Source: Burkholderiales bacterium | Lineage (GTDB): Bacteria; Vulcanimicrobiota; Xenobia; Xenobiales; Xenobiaceae | NCBI GenBank assembly: GCA_012799975.1 | Contig: JAAZKF010000120.1 | Span: 1 to 49,903, forward strand | Reading direction: 5' to 3' | DNA length: 49,903 nt | Shown here: one piece after another, positions 1 to 8,888 of the stretch | How the letters are laid out: each line of letters opens with the position of its first letter | Position numbering within the stretch: the stretch's first letter is position 1 | The notes under the pieces: generated by a model | What the model was told of the DNA's origin: nothing | The model's database searches: none | What the model saw: the letters and a program-made list of their open reading frames with translations, nothing else | Made by a program: the position numbers and the translations under genes

Positions 1-584
1 ACGGTGACCTGCATCAACTGGGATACGATGGGTTGACCGTCGACGGTGATCCGGATCTGTTGGGGGTTGAAGGTCGACAGGGTGGTCAGGCCCAGGCGGA
101 TGCCGGTCAGCCAGCGCCAGATCCCCACGGGTTCCTGTTCGGGAGCCAGGCTCCAGGCTTCCGAGTCGATTCCGACGCCCACGCTTTCGGTGAAGATGGG
201 GCCGTCGTCCACCTGGCCCAGGTCGATGTGTTCGTCCTGGCCATTCAAAGCTCCGAGGAGGGCCTCCAGGGGATGGTGGGGCAGGAGCAGGCTGGAGGCC
301 AGGTTGTTGAAAGTCCCCAGGGGCAGGATGCCGAGCCGGCAGTCGCTGCCGAAGATCCCGTGGATCACCTCCCGGACCGTGTCGTCTCCGCCGCCGGCAA
401 AGACCAGGGTGATGCCGGCCTGCTGATCCTTGCGGGCCAGGGCGGTGGCATGCCCCGCCCATTCCGTCACCCGCAGGACGCCGCCGCGGTTCTGGACCAG
501 GGCGCGAACCTTCTCCAGGAAGCGCTCGCCGCGACGAGCTCCAGCGGTCGGATTCAGGATGACCGAGAAAGGCGGTGGGTTCAA
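1..584 (-). CDS. Diacylglycerol/lipid kinase family protein (YegS/BmrU-like); 3' end runs off the window
   Basis: Absent from the ORF track because it is open at the window edge. Reverse-strand translation from TTG (584-582) reads LNPPPFSVILNPTAGARRGERF...LVFAGGGDDTVREVIHG...LGILPLGTFNNLA. This is the DAGK catalytic-domain pattern (NPxaG, GGDGT-like, PlGTxN). The TTG overlaps the upstream stop as TTGA. Confidence 0.7.
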   Translation of the reverse strand, partial: MNPPPFSVILNPTAGARRGERFLEKVRALVQNRGGVLRVTEWAGHATALARKDQQAGITLVFAGGGDDTVREVIHGIFGSDCRLGILPLGTFNNLASSLLLPHHPLEALLGALNGQDEHIDLGQVDDGPIFTESVGVGIDSEAWSLAPEQEPVGIWRWLTGIRLGLTTLSTFNPQQIRITVDGQPIVSQLMQVT

Positions 585-1126
585 TTCTTGTGAACCTTCG
601 ACTTGAGTTCCCGCCCTCGCCAGATGCGGCGCCCGCGTCCGCGCAGGGTCCGGACCACCCTGGTTTCCATCCAGCGGACCCCCTTCATCCACCATTGCTC
701 TTTGAGGAAAATCGGCACCACGAGGATGGTGAAAAGCCCCAGGCGGTTGCCACCCAGGATGTCGGTGAAGATCTGGTCACCCACCATGGCCGCCTGGTGG
801 GAACTCAAGCCCATCAGGTCCAGTGCCTTACGCATCGCCCGGGTGCTGGGCTTCATGGCGTCGGCCACGTAGGGGATCCCGAGGACCACGGACTGGGTTT
901 CCAGGCGCATCCAGTGGGCATTCGAGACGATGCAGAGTTGGAAGCCCTCAGCGATGGCGTGACGCACCCAGTTCTGCACCTCGTCGCTGAGCACCAGGTT
1001 GTCCCAGGCCAGGAGGGTGTTGTCCAGGTCCAGCAGGATTCCCCGGATCCCCAACTCGCGCAATTCATCCAGGTCGATTTCGAGAACCGAGCCGACCTGT
1101 CGGCAGGGCCTGAGAAGGTGGAACAT
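581..1126 (-). CDS. yqeG: YqeG-family HAD-IIIA phosphatase
   Basis: 181-aa ORF. It has DLDNTL (HAD motif I), IVSN, K...GDQIFTDILGGN and LVVP, collinear with B. subtilis YqeG as I remember it. Confidence 0.85.
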   Translation of the reverse strand: MFHLLRPCRQVGSVLEIDLDELRELGIRGILLDLDNTLLAWDNLVLSDEVQNWVRHAIAEGFQLCIVSNAHWMRLETQSVVLGIPYVADAMKPSTRAMRKALDLMGLSSHQAAMVGDQIFTDILGGNRLGLFTILVVPIFLKEQWWMKGVRWMETRVVRTLRGRGRRIWRGRELKSKVHKN

Positions 1127-1198
1127 GGCTTGGGACGCTTCGATTCAAGCGCTCCGCCTCCTGGCCGAAAGGGGGCACACCCTGAGTTCTCAGCGGGG

Positions 1199-2200
1199 CT
1201 AGGGAGTTTCCAATCTCTCGAGGGCGCGTCGGGCCATGGCCGCCCAGCAACTCTCAGGGTCGGTGCGGTCTGCCTCCTGAAAGAAGAAGCGTGCCAGGTT
1301 CAGGTCGCCCCGGGCTTGCGCCAGGCGTCCGCCTCGCAGAGCCGGCTCCCCGGCTGGCTGACCGCTCTTCAAGGCCCTCTTGAAGTGGGCCAGGGCTGCC
1401 TCGAAGTCGCCCCGCGCCTCGGCTACGGCCCCTTCGGCCATGGGGCGGTAGAGGAATCCCCTGGGTGAGGAGACCCGGACGTGAAAGTCAAGGACCCGTT
1501 CTGCCTCATCGGGTTTTCCGGTCAGGGCCAGCAGGAGGGCTTGAAGAAGGAGCAGGTCCTCTTTGTAGACGTCGGGGATTCCGCTGGTGTCGATACCCTG
1601 GACGAGCCGTCCGGCCAGTTCCAGGTCGCCGCGTCTCCAGAGCACGCGGGCCCGGGCCATCATCAGGTGCTGGACCATCACCTGATGATTCAAGGTCATA
1701 GCCTCAACCCGGGCGATGCTCCGAGCAGCCTCTTCGACCTGTCCCAGGGCCAGCTCACAAGACGAGCGGTTGAGAAGGCGCAAGGCCTCACCGTCCTGGG
1801 CCATGGACGAGGCACAAGCCGTGGGAGACAGGCAGGCTTCCGGGTCGTCGGAGACCTGCAGACCCTCGCGGTAACGGCCCTGGTAGTAGAGAGAGGCGAT
1901 GTAGCAGGCTGCGGCCAGGGGAGCGTAGGGACCGGCATCGCACAGGCGGAAGCGCAGCCGGACCCATTCGCGATTGGCCGCTTCATGGTCTCCCAGGATG
2001 CTCAAAGCGGCCAGGAGGTTGCTGCGCATCAGCACCCGGTTCCGGCGGCCGGGATAGAAAGAAGCTCCCAGACGGAAGCAGGCGGCAGCCTGCCGGGTAC
2101 GACCCGAGTGGAGGTAGTGGACTCCGGTCTGGGCAACCAGGGCCATGCCCCCCAGGTAGCCCAGGGAAGCGTAGAGGGCCAGCAGGATGAAGGGATCCAT
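1199..2200 (-). CDS. Hypothetical TPR-like helical-repeat protein with an N-terminal hydrophobic segment
   Basis: 333-aa ORF with Ala/Leu/Arg-rich repeated helix pairs (e.g. GDFEAALAHFKRAL, GDLNLARFFFQEA). High third-position GC on this strand. An AGGAGGGA Shine-Dalgarno lies upstream of the ATG at 2200. Confidence 0.55.
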   Translation of the reverse strand: MDPFILLALYASLGYLGGMALVAQTGVHYLHSGRTRQAAACFRLGASFYPGRRNRVLMRSNLLAALSILGDHEAANREWVRLRFRLCDAGPYAPLAAACYIASLYYQGRYREGLQVSDDPEACLSPTACASSMAQDGEALRLLNRSSCELALGQVEEAARSIARVEAMTLNHQVMVQHLMMARARVLWRRGDLELAGRLVQGIDTSGIPDVYKEDLLLLQALLLALTGKPDEAERVLDFHVRVSSPRGFLYRPMAEGAVAEARGDFEAALAHFKRALKSGQPAGEPALRGGRLAQARGDLNLARFFFQEADRTDPESCWAAMARRALERLETP

Positions 2201-2487
2201 GGGCTGGGCGTTTCTCCCTCCTGGTGCTGGCTCCTTCAGCTCAGTCCGGTAACGCCCCCGCCATCAGAAGGCTCGCCAGTATGGGGGCTGGCGAGCCGAC
2301 CCCGCCTCAGAGGTTACCCTGGGAGGGCTGCCGGTCGGTTCATGACCCCGGTTCCGGTCTCTTCCAGGGGGGGAAAAGGAGAACCGTGGAGGCAGTCGGG
2401 ATGATGCAGGAAGGATGCCGCGACCCGATTCGGGTGGATGAAGAGAGGAAACCCTTCCGACTGCAACCACGGTGTTCTTCTGGAAGT

Positions 2488-2496
2488 ATTATAGCA
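2488..2496 (-). promoter_or_regulatory. Candidate extended -10 promoter (TGcTATAAT on the minus strand) in an AT-rich patch
   Basis: The plus strand reads attatagca at 2488-2496, which is TGCTATAAT on the minus strand. It sits in an unusually AT-rich stretch (2470-2520) just downstream of the thioesterase stop and faces the TPR-like gene. No convincing -35 element. Confidence 0.3.
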
Positions 2497-2524
2497 CATC
2501 ATCAATCTCCAACTGTGAACCAGG

Positions 2525-2950
2525 TCACAGTGGATCCCCGGCCGGCAGTTTCGCCGGCCAGGGGGGCACTTCTGCAGGGGATACCCCGTCTTCCGTTCGG
2601 AGGGGAGTCGGCCGGCCCTCTGAATCGATGGCCACGAAGGTTACTTCCGCCTCGGTGACCTTTATCGGGACCTGTCCACGCCGTTCGGCTTCAACTTCGA
2701 CCTTGACGGTTATCGAGGTCCGTCCCAGGCGGAGCGTCTCGGCATAGAAGCTGACCAGGTCTCCGATCAGGACCGGCTCGTGAAAGACCACTTCCTTCAT
2801 GGCTATGGTGACGATGCGGTGGTCGGTGTTGCGGATGGCCTCCAGGCCGGCTGCCTGGTCGAGATGGCTGAGCAGGACGCCCCCGAAGATGGTTCCCCAG
2901 GCATTGGTGTCGCGGGGCATCATCAGGACGCGGATGGTGGGGTTGCGCAT
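2525..2950 (-). CDS. Acyl-CoA thioesterase (hotdog fold, YciA-like)
   Basis: MRNPTIRVLMMPRDTNAWGTIFGGVLLSHLDQAAG...VSFYAE...GRTSITVKVEVEAE matches the YciA/Acot hotdog pattern. The track ORF extends to 3103, but codons between 2951 and 3022 have low GC3 (about 46% against very high GC3 downstream). I therefore start at the ATG at 2950; 3022 is an alternative. Confidence 0.75.
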   Translation of the reverse strand: MRNPTIRVLMMPRDTNAWGTIFGGVLLSHLDQAAGLEAIRNTDHRIVTIAMKEVVFHEPVLIGDLVSFYAETLRLGRTSITVKVEVEAERRGQVPIKVTEAEVTFVAIDSEGRPTPLRTEDGVSPAEVPPWPAKLPAGDPL

Positions 2951-3053
2951 GGCGGCTTTTTTTTCGAGTTCGACAACCTCCTCCTGCTGAGCTGGAGGAA
3001 GTCGTCTTGATTCGCCCAACATGAGAAGACTCGTGGACTTTTGGAGGCACCTC

Positions 3054-4709
3054 ATGGCCGAGACTGCAGACTTCCCCCAGGTCACCCCGTCCAATCTGTG
3101 CAATACCCTGATCGAGGTGATGCGTCAGGTCCATATGGGCGAGGAGGATCCCTCCCTGCTCCGTCGTCTGGCCCAGGAGCGACTGGCTGAGCTCCCCGAT
3201 GTGCGCGCTCAGACCATGGACCAGATTCGTTCCGAGGGGCCGGAACACATGCAGGCTCATGCTGTGGGGGTGGCGGCCTTGGAGGCGGCCTTCCAGGATA
3301 TGGAAGTAGCCCTCCAGGCAGCCTGTCGCTATGCCGATAATCCCCAGGAAGAGACTTTCCTCAAGGCCCTGGAGGCCCTGATGAAGGCCGGTTACTCCAG
3401 CCAGTTGTCCACCGACACCTACCAGCGTTCGGAACTGGCCCATGGACCCACCGAATTTCCCCTGATCAACCTGCTCCATCGCTTGAAGGAAGGACACTTC
3501 GAGACCGGCCTGGTGTCGCGAGTCGATTTGGACGCCGGCATCGAGGGGGCCCGCCGGATGACCCTGGCCGCTGCCGAGGAAATCCGCAGTTCACAACCCG
3601 AGACGGATCAGAAGATGGCCCTCATTCGCGCCTATGAGAATATGGCGGAGGTCCTGGGTCGGGTTGCGGAAGCGGTAGATAAGGGGCAGGAGGCGGTGGA
3701 TGAGGTCCTGCAGGAGGCCGCCATGTCCGGGGCGGGAGTCCGCGCGGCCATGGAGGCCCTGGTCTTCCAGGACTCCACGGCGGGGCCGACCCGTATGGCT
3801 CACGCCAATCTGGTCCTCAAGATGGCCGAACTGCATCGGAGCGGGGGCCTTCCCGCCGAGACCTTGGCCCGCGGGCTGGAGGTCTTCCGAAACAGCCAGA
3901 AGGACCTGCTGGCCGAAATCGAGGCTCTCGCCTCGATCCCCTCGGACTCGGACGGAGTGGCTCAACAAATGGAGCCCACGCGGGCTGCCTTCAAAGCTCA
4001 TTGGGAAGCCCTGGCCCTCTTCGATCGTTACCTCCAGGGCGAACCCGAGCAGTATGATTCGGCACGGAAAGCGCTGATCTCCGCTGCGGAGGCCCTGGCC
4101 GATTGCCAGGAGGCCTTCGAGAGAATCGGCGAAATGGCCAACAAAGTTCCATGTGTGCGTTGTGGAACCCGCAACGAGCCCGCCAACCGCTCGTGTTCGA
4201 ATTGCGGAGCCCAACTCCTGATGCAGACGGGGATGGGCGCTTCGTCCTCCACCTTGTCGATCCAGGAGGATGGCGGGCAGGCTCAGATCGGCGGGGAACT
4301 GGTCATGACCGAGAACCTGATGCGGCTCTTCAAGTCGGTGAACGGTGTGGCCGAGGGGAGATTGGACCTGGAAGACTTCCAGGATGTCCTGGACTGGTTC
4401 GAGAACCTGGTCTCCGATAATCTCCTGGAGGTCCCCGAGGTTCCGGAACTCAGCCGTGACGGCCTCAACGAAGAGCAGGTCGAGCAGTTGGCCCAGGTGG
4501 AGGCGCGGCTCGCAACGGCTCGCGACGAGGTCCAGTCGGGAGGCCAGGAGCTCTTGGCGGCAATCGAGGAACTGCGTAAGTTCGTCGTCGACTCCGAGAC
4601 CCGCCATCTGGTAGAGGGCGTCCGCATGGTCCGGGATGCCTCGGTGAAGGTGCAGTTGGCCCAAGGCCTGATCGAGGAGCTGGTGGAGGCCAATCGCCCG
4701 GCCCGTTGA
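3054..4709 (+). CDS. Hypothetical helical protein with an internal zinc-ribbon (CxxC-x11-CxxC)
   Basis: Long ORF. GGAGG at 3043-3047 lies 6 nt before the ATG at 3054, whereas the track start 3021 uses rare AGA AGA codons. CVRCGTRNEPANRSCSNCG is encoded at about 4153-4209. I recognise no family. Confidence 0.6.
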   Translation: MAETADFPQVTPSNLCNTLIEVMRQVHMGEEDPSLLRRLAQERLAELPDVRAQTMDQIRSEGPEHMQAHAVGVAALEAAFQDMEVALQAACRYADNPQEETFLKALEALMKAGYSSQLSTDTYQRSELAHGPTEFPLINLLHRLKEGHFETGLVSRVDLDAGIEGARRMTLAAAEEIRSSQPETDQKMALIRAYENMAEVLGRVAEAVDKGQEAVDEVLQEAAMSGAGVRAAMEALVFQDSTAGPTRMAHANLVLKMAELHRSGGLPAETLARGLEVFRNSQKDLLAEIEALASIPSDSDGVAQQMEPTRAAFKAHWEALALFDRYLQGEPEQYDSARKALISAAEALADCQEAFERIGEMANKVPCVRCGTRNEPANRSCSNCGAQLLMQTGMGASSSTLSIQEDGGQAQIGGELVMTENLMRLFKSVNGVAEGRLDLEDFQDVLDWFENLVSDNLLEVPEVPELSRDGLNEEQVEQLAQVEARLATARDEVQSGGQELLAAIEELRKFVVDSETRHLVEGVRMVRDASVKVQLAQGLIEELVEANRPAR

Positions 4710-4749
4710 GTCTTGAAGGACGCCTGGAAGCCGGGCCGAAACCCGGGCC

Positions 4750-4956
4750 ATGCCGGATGACAGGATTCGCCTCGGTCAGTTCCTCAAATGGGCCTCCCTG
4801 GTCGGAACCGGCGGGGAAGCCAAGAACCTCATCCAGCAGGGTGAGGTCCTGGTGAACGGTGAGGTCGAGACCCGCCGTGGCCGTCAGTTGCAACCGGGGG
4901 ACCGGGTAGAGGTCGCCGGGCAGACCTTCGTGGTCCCCGAGCGCCTGATTCCGTGA
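4750..4956 (+). CDS. S4-domain RNA-binding protein (YbcJ-like)
   Basis: 68 aa. IRLGQFLKWASLVGTGGEAKNLIQQGEVLVNGEVETRRGRQLQPGDRVEV is the small S4 alpha-L motif protein pattern. Confidence 0.75.
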   Translation: MPDDRIRLGQFLKWASLVGTGGEAKNLIQQGEVLVNGEVETRRGRQLQPGDRVEVAGQTFVVPERLIP

Positions 4957-5795
4957 GCCACCCCGACTCGGCGAGGGGGGCGGTTCTCCCGGTCCTGGGA
5001 CGGCATAACCCCCGCCTGAAGCGTCTGCGGGAGTTGGACACACCGGCAGGGCGCTATCGAACAGGCTCCTTCCTGCTCGAAGGAGTCCGCATCCTGGCGG
5101 AGGCCCTGGAGGGGGGTCTCGACCTGCAGTGGCTGCTGGTCGCTCAGGGCGCATCCCGGGAGGTATTCGACCTGGCCGCTCGAGCCGCGCGCACCGGGGT
5201 CGAGGTGTGCCTTTTGGATGCCGAGGTCCTCGAACGTCTGGCTCCCACCCGCTCGAGTCAGGGTCTGTTGGGCGTGGCCCGCATTCCGCGCACGGATCTC
5301 CAGCAGGTTCTGCGGGGGAATCCGGTGCTGCTTCTGGAGGGGATCCAGGATCCTGGGAATACCGGAACCCTGCTGCGCACGGCACGGGCCGCCGGCGCTG
5401 GAGGAGCGATCCTGGTGGGAGGGGCAGATCCCTTCAACCCCCGGACGGTTCGCGCCGCGGCCGGCGCCACTTTTCGTTTTCCCCTGGTGCGTCTGGAACC
5501 GCAGCAGGTGCCCATGCTCTTGCAGGCGCTGGACCAGGCGGGCTTCGAATTGGCGTGCGCTGAGGCCCATGGTGGACAGGACCTCTATCAGGCCTCTTTC
5601 CCCAAGCGGATGGCCCTGGTCCTGGGCGGAGAGGTCCGCGGGGTCTCGGAAGCCTGTCGCCGCGCCGCGGTCGCGCGTTGGACCATTCCCCTGGCGCATG
5701 GTTGCGAGTCCCTCAACGTGGCTGCTGCTGCTGCGGTCATCCTCTTCGAGGCCCGGCGTCGCCTTCTGCAGGCCGCCAGGGAGGCAGAGGACTAG
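4953..5795 (+). CDS. TrmH/SpoU-family RNA 2'-O-methyltransferase
   Basis: SpoU motifs are present: LLLEGIQDPGNTGTLLRTA, LVLGGEVRGVS and IPLAHGCESLNVAAAAAVILFE. The GTG start overlaps the upstream stop (GTGA at 4953-4956). Confidence 0.85.
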   Translation: MSHPDSARGAVLPVLGRHNPRLKRLRELDTPAGRYRTGSFLLEGVRILAEALEGGLDLQWLLVAQGASREVFDLAARAARTGVEVCLLDAEVLERLAPTRSSQGLLGVARIPRTDLQQVLRGNPVLLLEGIQDPGNTGTLLRTARAAGAGGAILVGGADPFNPRTVRAAAGATFRFPLVRLEPQQVPMLLQALDQAGFELACAEAHGGQDLYQASFPKRMALVLGGEVRGVSEACRRAAVARWTIPLAHGCESLNVAAAAAVILFEARRRLLQAAREAED

Positions 5796-5867
5796 GAAGG
5801 CAGGCTGCCAGGCCTGGTCGGGTTGGCCCGGGAGACCATTCTGATTGTGAACAGGATGTTTCCATCG

Positions 5868-5896
5868 TTGCGCGCCTGGTACGTCTGTGCTATACT
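5868..5896 (+). promoter_or_regulatory. Candidate sigma70-type promoter (TTGCGC, 17-nt spacer, TGcTATACT)
   Basis: -35 TTGCGC at 5868-5873, 17-nt spacer, TG at 5888-5889 and -10 TATACT at 5891-5896. It lies in a locally AT-richer intergenic stretch upstream of the small yqzL-like ORF. Confidence 0.35.
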
Positions 5897-6037
5897 CCGC
5901 ACGTGGTCTGACAGTGTCTTGGAGGCGGTTTCGGCCCCCAAGCGGGGGGGAGGCTACGAAGGCTACATAACGATCCCGAGCCCCCCCGGTCCTGCAGCAC
6001 CCCGGATTCTCGGAAACCAGACGGGAGGTCTTTGACC

Positions 6038-6142
6038 TTGAGTCCCAACCCGCAACTTTTCTGGGAGATCTTCACCTCTACCGGTTCGCCGACGGCCTAC
6101 ATCCTCTATCGGAACCTCCTGACCGACCCTTCCGAATCGTAA
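6038..6142 (+). CDS. yqzL: YqzL-family small protein (34 aa, below the ORF-track size cut-off)
   Basis: TTG at 6038 lies 9 nt after GGGAGG (6023-6028). Translation is LSPNPQLFWEIFTSTGSPTAYILYRNLLTDPSES. The FW..F..TG....Y.LY+ core matches my memory of YqzL-like proteins (FTWKVFSQTGSIDTYLLFK). Confidence 0.55.
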   Translation: MSPNPQLFWEIFTSTGSPTAYILYRNLLTDPSES

Positions 6143-6313
6143 AAGCGGCTCTTCTCGGATCGAATGGCTGCCTCGCTCGCCCGGCAGGTGAGAAGCCCTC
6201 GAAGGTGAAGGTGCGTTTGACCCCGTGCTCCGGTGGTTCGGGCATGCAATCGGGGTCGGATGAATGTCCGGGCGGCCTGTAGCCCGGAGCCCGAGGGAGC
6301 CTTCTTCACCCCC

Positions 6314-7093
6314 ATGCCACGCGGTATCCTACTGCCCCTGATCATGGTCGCCCTCCTGGGCCTGGCTCTGCCCGTCCTGGCCCAGAAGAAGCCCGAGAAC
6401 ACACGGGAGCTCAAGATCCATGCGGACCGCATGGACTATGATGAGACCAGCAGGCAGGTCCGCCTGGTCGGGCACGTGCGGATAGAATCTGGCGACACCG
6501 TCATGACGGCGCCCTACGCCCGGTATCACACCGAGAAGCTTGTGGCCGAGTTCCAGGGCGGGGTTCGGGTCGCGCAACCAGGCAGTACCCTGGTCGGCAA
6601 TCGGATGAAGGTTTGGTATGGCGAGGAGCGTGCCCTGCTTTCAGGAAACGTGCGGTTGCTTACCGAGAGGTCTCCGGGCGGGGACCACCGCACACCCGCC
6701 GTGATGACCTGCCAGGAGCTGGAATACGCCTGGGCCCGGGGTATCGGAGAGGCGCGCGGGCAGGTCAAGGTCCGTCAGGGTAATCGTCGAGCCTTCTCGG
6801 ATCAGGCCCACTACGACCGGAAGGCCCAGACCATCGACATGACCGGGAACGTCCGTTTCGAGCAGGGACAGGACGATTGGCTGACCAGCCAGAGCGCCCG
6901 GATCCACCTGGAGACCGAGACCATCGTGGCCAGCGGGCAGGTGGTAGGACGTTTCCTGATAGAACAATCCGCGAAGACGCCGGCCCCCGAAGCGGAATCC
7001 ACCCTCCCCGTACCGGACGTCCTCGAACCCGAGATCCCCTTCGTGCCCGTCGAAGTCGTTCCGCCTCCGGGACTTCCGGGTCTAGAGGACTGA
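6314..7093 (+). CDS. LptA/OstA N-terminal-domain-like periplasmic protein with a Pro-rich C-terminus
   Basis: Starting at M28 of the track ORF gives a signal peptide, MPRGILLPLIMVALLGLALPVLAQ. It is followed by repeated beta-jellyroll-like segments (IHADRMDYDETSRQVRLVGHVRIESGD..., AHYDRKAQTIDMTGNVRFEQG) typical of OstA_N/LptA. Confidence 0.6.
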   Translation: MPRGILLPLIMVALLGLALPVLAQKKPENTRELKIHADRMDYDETSRQVRLVGHVRIESGDTVMTAPYARYHTEKLVAEFQGGVRVAQPGSTLVGNRMKVWYGEERALLSGNVRLLTERSPGGDHRTPAVMTCQELEYAWARGIGEARGQVKVRQGNRRAFSDQAHYDRKAQTIDMTGNVRFEQGQDDWLTSQSARIHLETETIVASGQVVGRFLIEQSAKTPAPEAESTLPVPDVLEPEIPFVPVEVVPPPGLPGLED

Positions 7094-7157
7094 TCAGCCG
7101 CTGCTTTGCACCGTGTTTCGTGCAGGGGACTCAAAGACTGGCGAGAACCGTCTCGAG

Positions 7158-8888
7158 ATGTATAGGACCCTCATGGCCCTGGCCTTCCTCCTCGTTGCGT
7201 TCCCCGCCTGGGCGGCGCCTCCGGCTGCTCCAGCCCCCGGCGCTCGTCCCGTCTTGTCCTGGTCCGGAGCGGATCCGGAGGAGATGGCCTTCGTGGCCCG
7301 GGCCGCTCTTCTCGGCCTGCCGACCCGGGAAGTGGAACTTTCGCAGGCTCGCAAGATTTTGTCGGAATTGCTGGAGACGCGTGTCGAGCCGGGAACATTC
7401 GAGGCCTCTGCGGTGGCCCGCGCCCTGGCCGAAGGGGCCGTGGCCATGCGGGAATCCGACTCCGCCCTGGCCGGTCGACTGGCCGGGGAGGCCGCTCGCC
7501 TGCTCCGACCGCTGGAATCCTGGATGGACGACTTCGGAAAGTTCACCAAGGTCCACGGATTCCAGGAGCCGGTCTGGGTCCATGGGAACCCGGATGTCCT
7601 GGCCCAGGCGGTTCTGGCCTGGATTTCCCTGGATGAGTTCCATTCGGCTCCAGACGGGCGGGAACTCATCCGCAGAGGGGCCGAGGGCCTCAAGAGCCTC
7701 TTGCGCGGGAACTTCTCCACCTATCCCTTCGGAGCTCATATTTCGGCCGTCACAGCCCAAGGCCGCCCGCGCACCTACGTAGCTCCCGGCACCGGTAACC
7801 CAGTGGCTGGTTTGTCCTGGATCGTGGAACGCAATCAGGTGGTCGCGGCCCTGTCCCGGGCCGGGCAGCTCCTGGGGGATTCCACCATGCTGGAGTCGGC
7901 CGAGCGCGAAGGACTGGGCCTTCTGGCACACCTCGCGGTGTCGGGTCGGATTCCCCACGGATTCGCTCCGCGTCCCGAATTCGAAGCCTCCAATCCGCGC
8001 AGTGTGGCAGCCGTGGTCGAAAATCTGGCCACCCTGCACCAGGCGCTCCCCAAACCGGTCTTCTCCGACCTGACGGGTCTGGCAGCGGCCCGCCTCCAGG
8101 GTGAAGGCCCCCTCTTCGAGGCCTCCCGCCTGTTGGTGGCCCGGATGCTGGCACGGGCAGGAGCCTCTCGCTGGAGCGGAGCCAGGGACCTGCGCCCTGC
8201 TTTCGGGACCCTGGTGGTCGAAGCCGAAGACGGTCGGGCCGTCGAGAAGGCTTTTGAAGCCGTACCCATCCGCTATCCGGGAGGTACCCCCGGCAAGCTG
8301 GCCGTCGTGGGGCGCGAGAACATGTTCTGGATGCGCTTCGACGTCGACCGGGAGGATGAATATCTTTTCTACCTCGCCTTCCTGAAGAGCGAGGTCTCGG
8401 GGGGGCTGGTCTCGGTCATGATGCGAATAGACGGGGACCGGATCTTCCAGGTCAACCTGGGAGGAGCCAGCGACGACCCCTACGTGGATGTGGACCTGGT
8501 GGCTGGCCCCCGCCGCCTGCGTCAGGGCCCCCACTCCTTCGGAATCCGCTTCTCGGGGCTGCTGATGCGTCAGCCTGCGGTCCTGGACTCGGTGATCGTC
8601 AAGCCGGCCGTCGCTCGCCGTTGGATGACCCTGCGGGACGGGCGCGAGATTCTGGTCATGAAGGGCATCAACTCCGAACCCCTGCAGATCCGGATGGAGG
8701 AGCTCGAGGCCGAAGGGGAGTCCCCGACCTGGAACCTGATCAGCGGGATGGGCAACCCCATCCCCGCGAAGTTGTCGACCGACCGGCGGGGCCGGGTCTG
8801 GCTGGAGATGCCCCCTGGAGGGGTGGCCATCCTGGAGTGGACCGGCCCTATTCCCGGAGTTGAGAGGTTGGATGAGGAGGCGAGGTGA
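7158..8888 (+). CDS. Hypothetical secreted protein
   Basis: The ATG at 7158 gives the signal peptide MYRTLMALAFLLVAFPAWAAP. Long ORF with normal composition. No family recognised. Confidence 0.55.
   Translation: MYRTLMALAFLLVAFPAWAAPPAAPAPGARPVLSWSGADPEEMAFVARAALLGLPTREVELSQARKILSELLETRVEPGTFEASAVARALAEGAVAMRESDSALAGRLAGEAARLLRPLESWMDDFGKFTKVHGFQEPVWVHGNPDVLAQAVLAWISLDEFHSAPDGRELIRRGAEGLKSLLRGNFSTYPFGAHISAVTAQGRPRTYVAPGTGNPVAGLSWIVERNQVVAALSRAGQLLGDSTMLESAEREGLGLLAHLAVSGRIPHGFAPRPEFEASNPRSVAAVVENLATLHQALPKPVFSDLTGLAAARLQGEGPLFEASRLLVARMLARAGASRWSGARDLRPAFGTLVVEAEDGRAVEKAFEAVPIRYPGGTPGKLAVVGRENMFWMRFDVDREDEYLFYLAFLKSEVSGGLVSVMMRIDGDRIFQVNLGGASDDPYVDVDLVAGPRRLRQGPHSFGIRFSGLLMRQPAVLDSVIVKPAVARRWMTLRDGREILVMKGINSEPLQIRMEELEAEGESPTWNLISGMGNPIPAKLSTDRRGRVWLEMPPGGVAILEWTGPIPGVERLDEEAR

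Noticed and set aside
2423-2435. ACCCGAAUCGGG on the minus strand resembles the ACCCGAAUCCG element of the ydaO c-di-AMP riboswitch
   Set aside because: The other conserved ydaO blocks (GGGGACCCA, GGGGUGAAUC, AGCUAACC) are absent, so this is a short isolated match.
2951-3103. Longer starts for the thioesterase (3103 or 3022) and the 3021 start of the divergent gene, which would make two start codons overlap on opposite strands
   Set aside because: Third-position GC falls to about 46% in 2951-3022 on the minus strand. The plus-strand 3021 start uses AGA AGA AGG codons, while a GGAGG sits 6 nt before the ATG at 3054. The region is therefore more likely a 103-bp divergent intergenic region.
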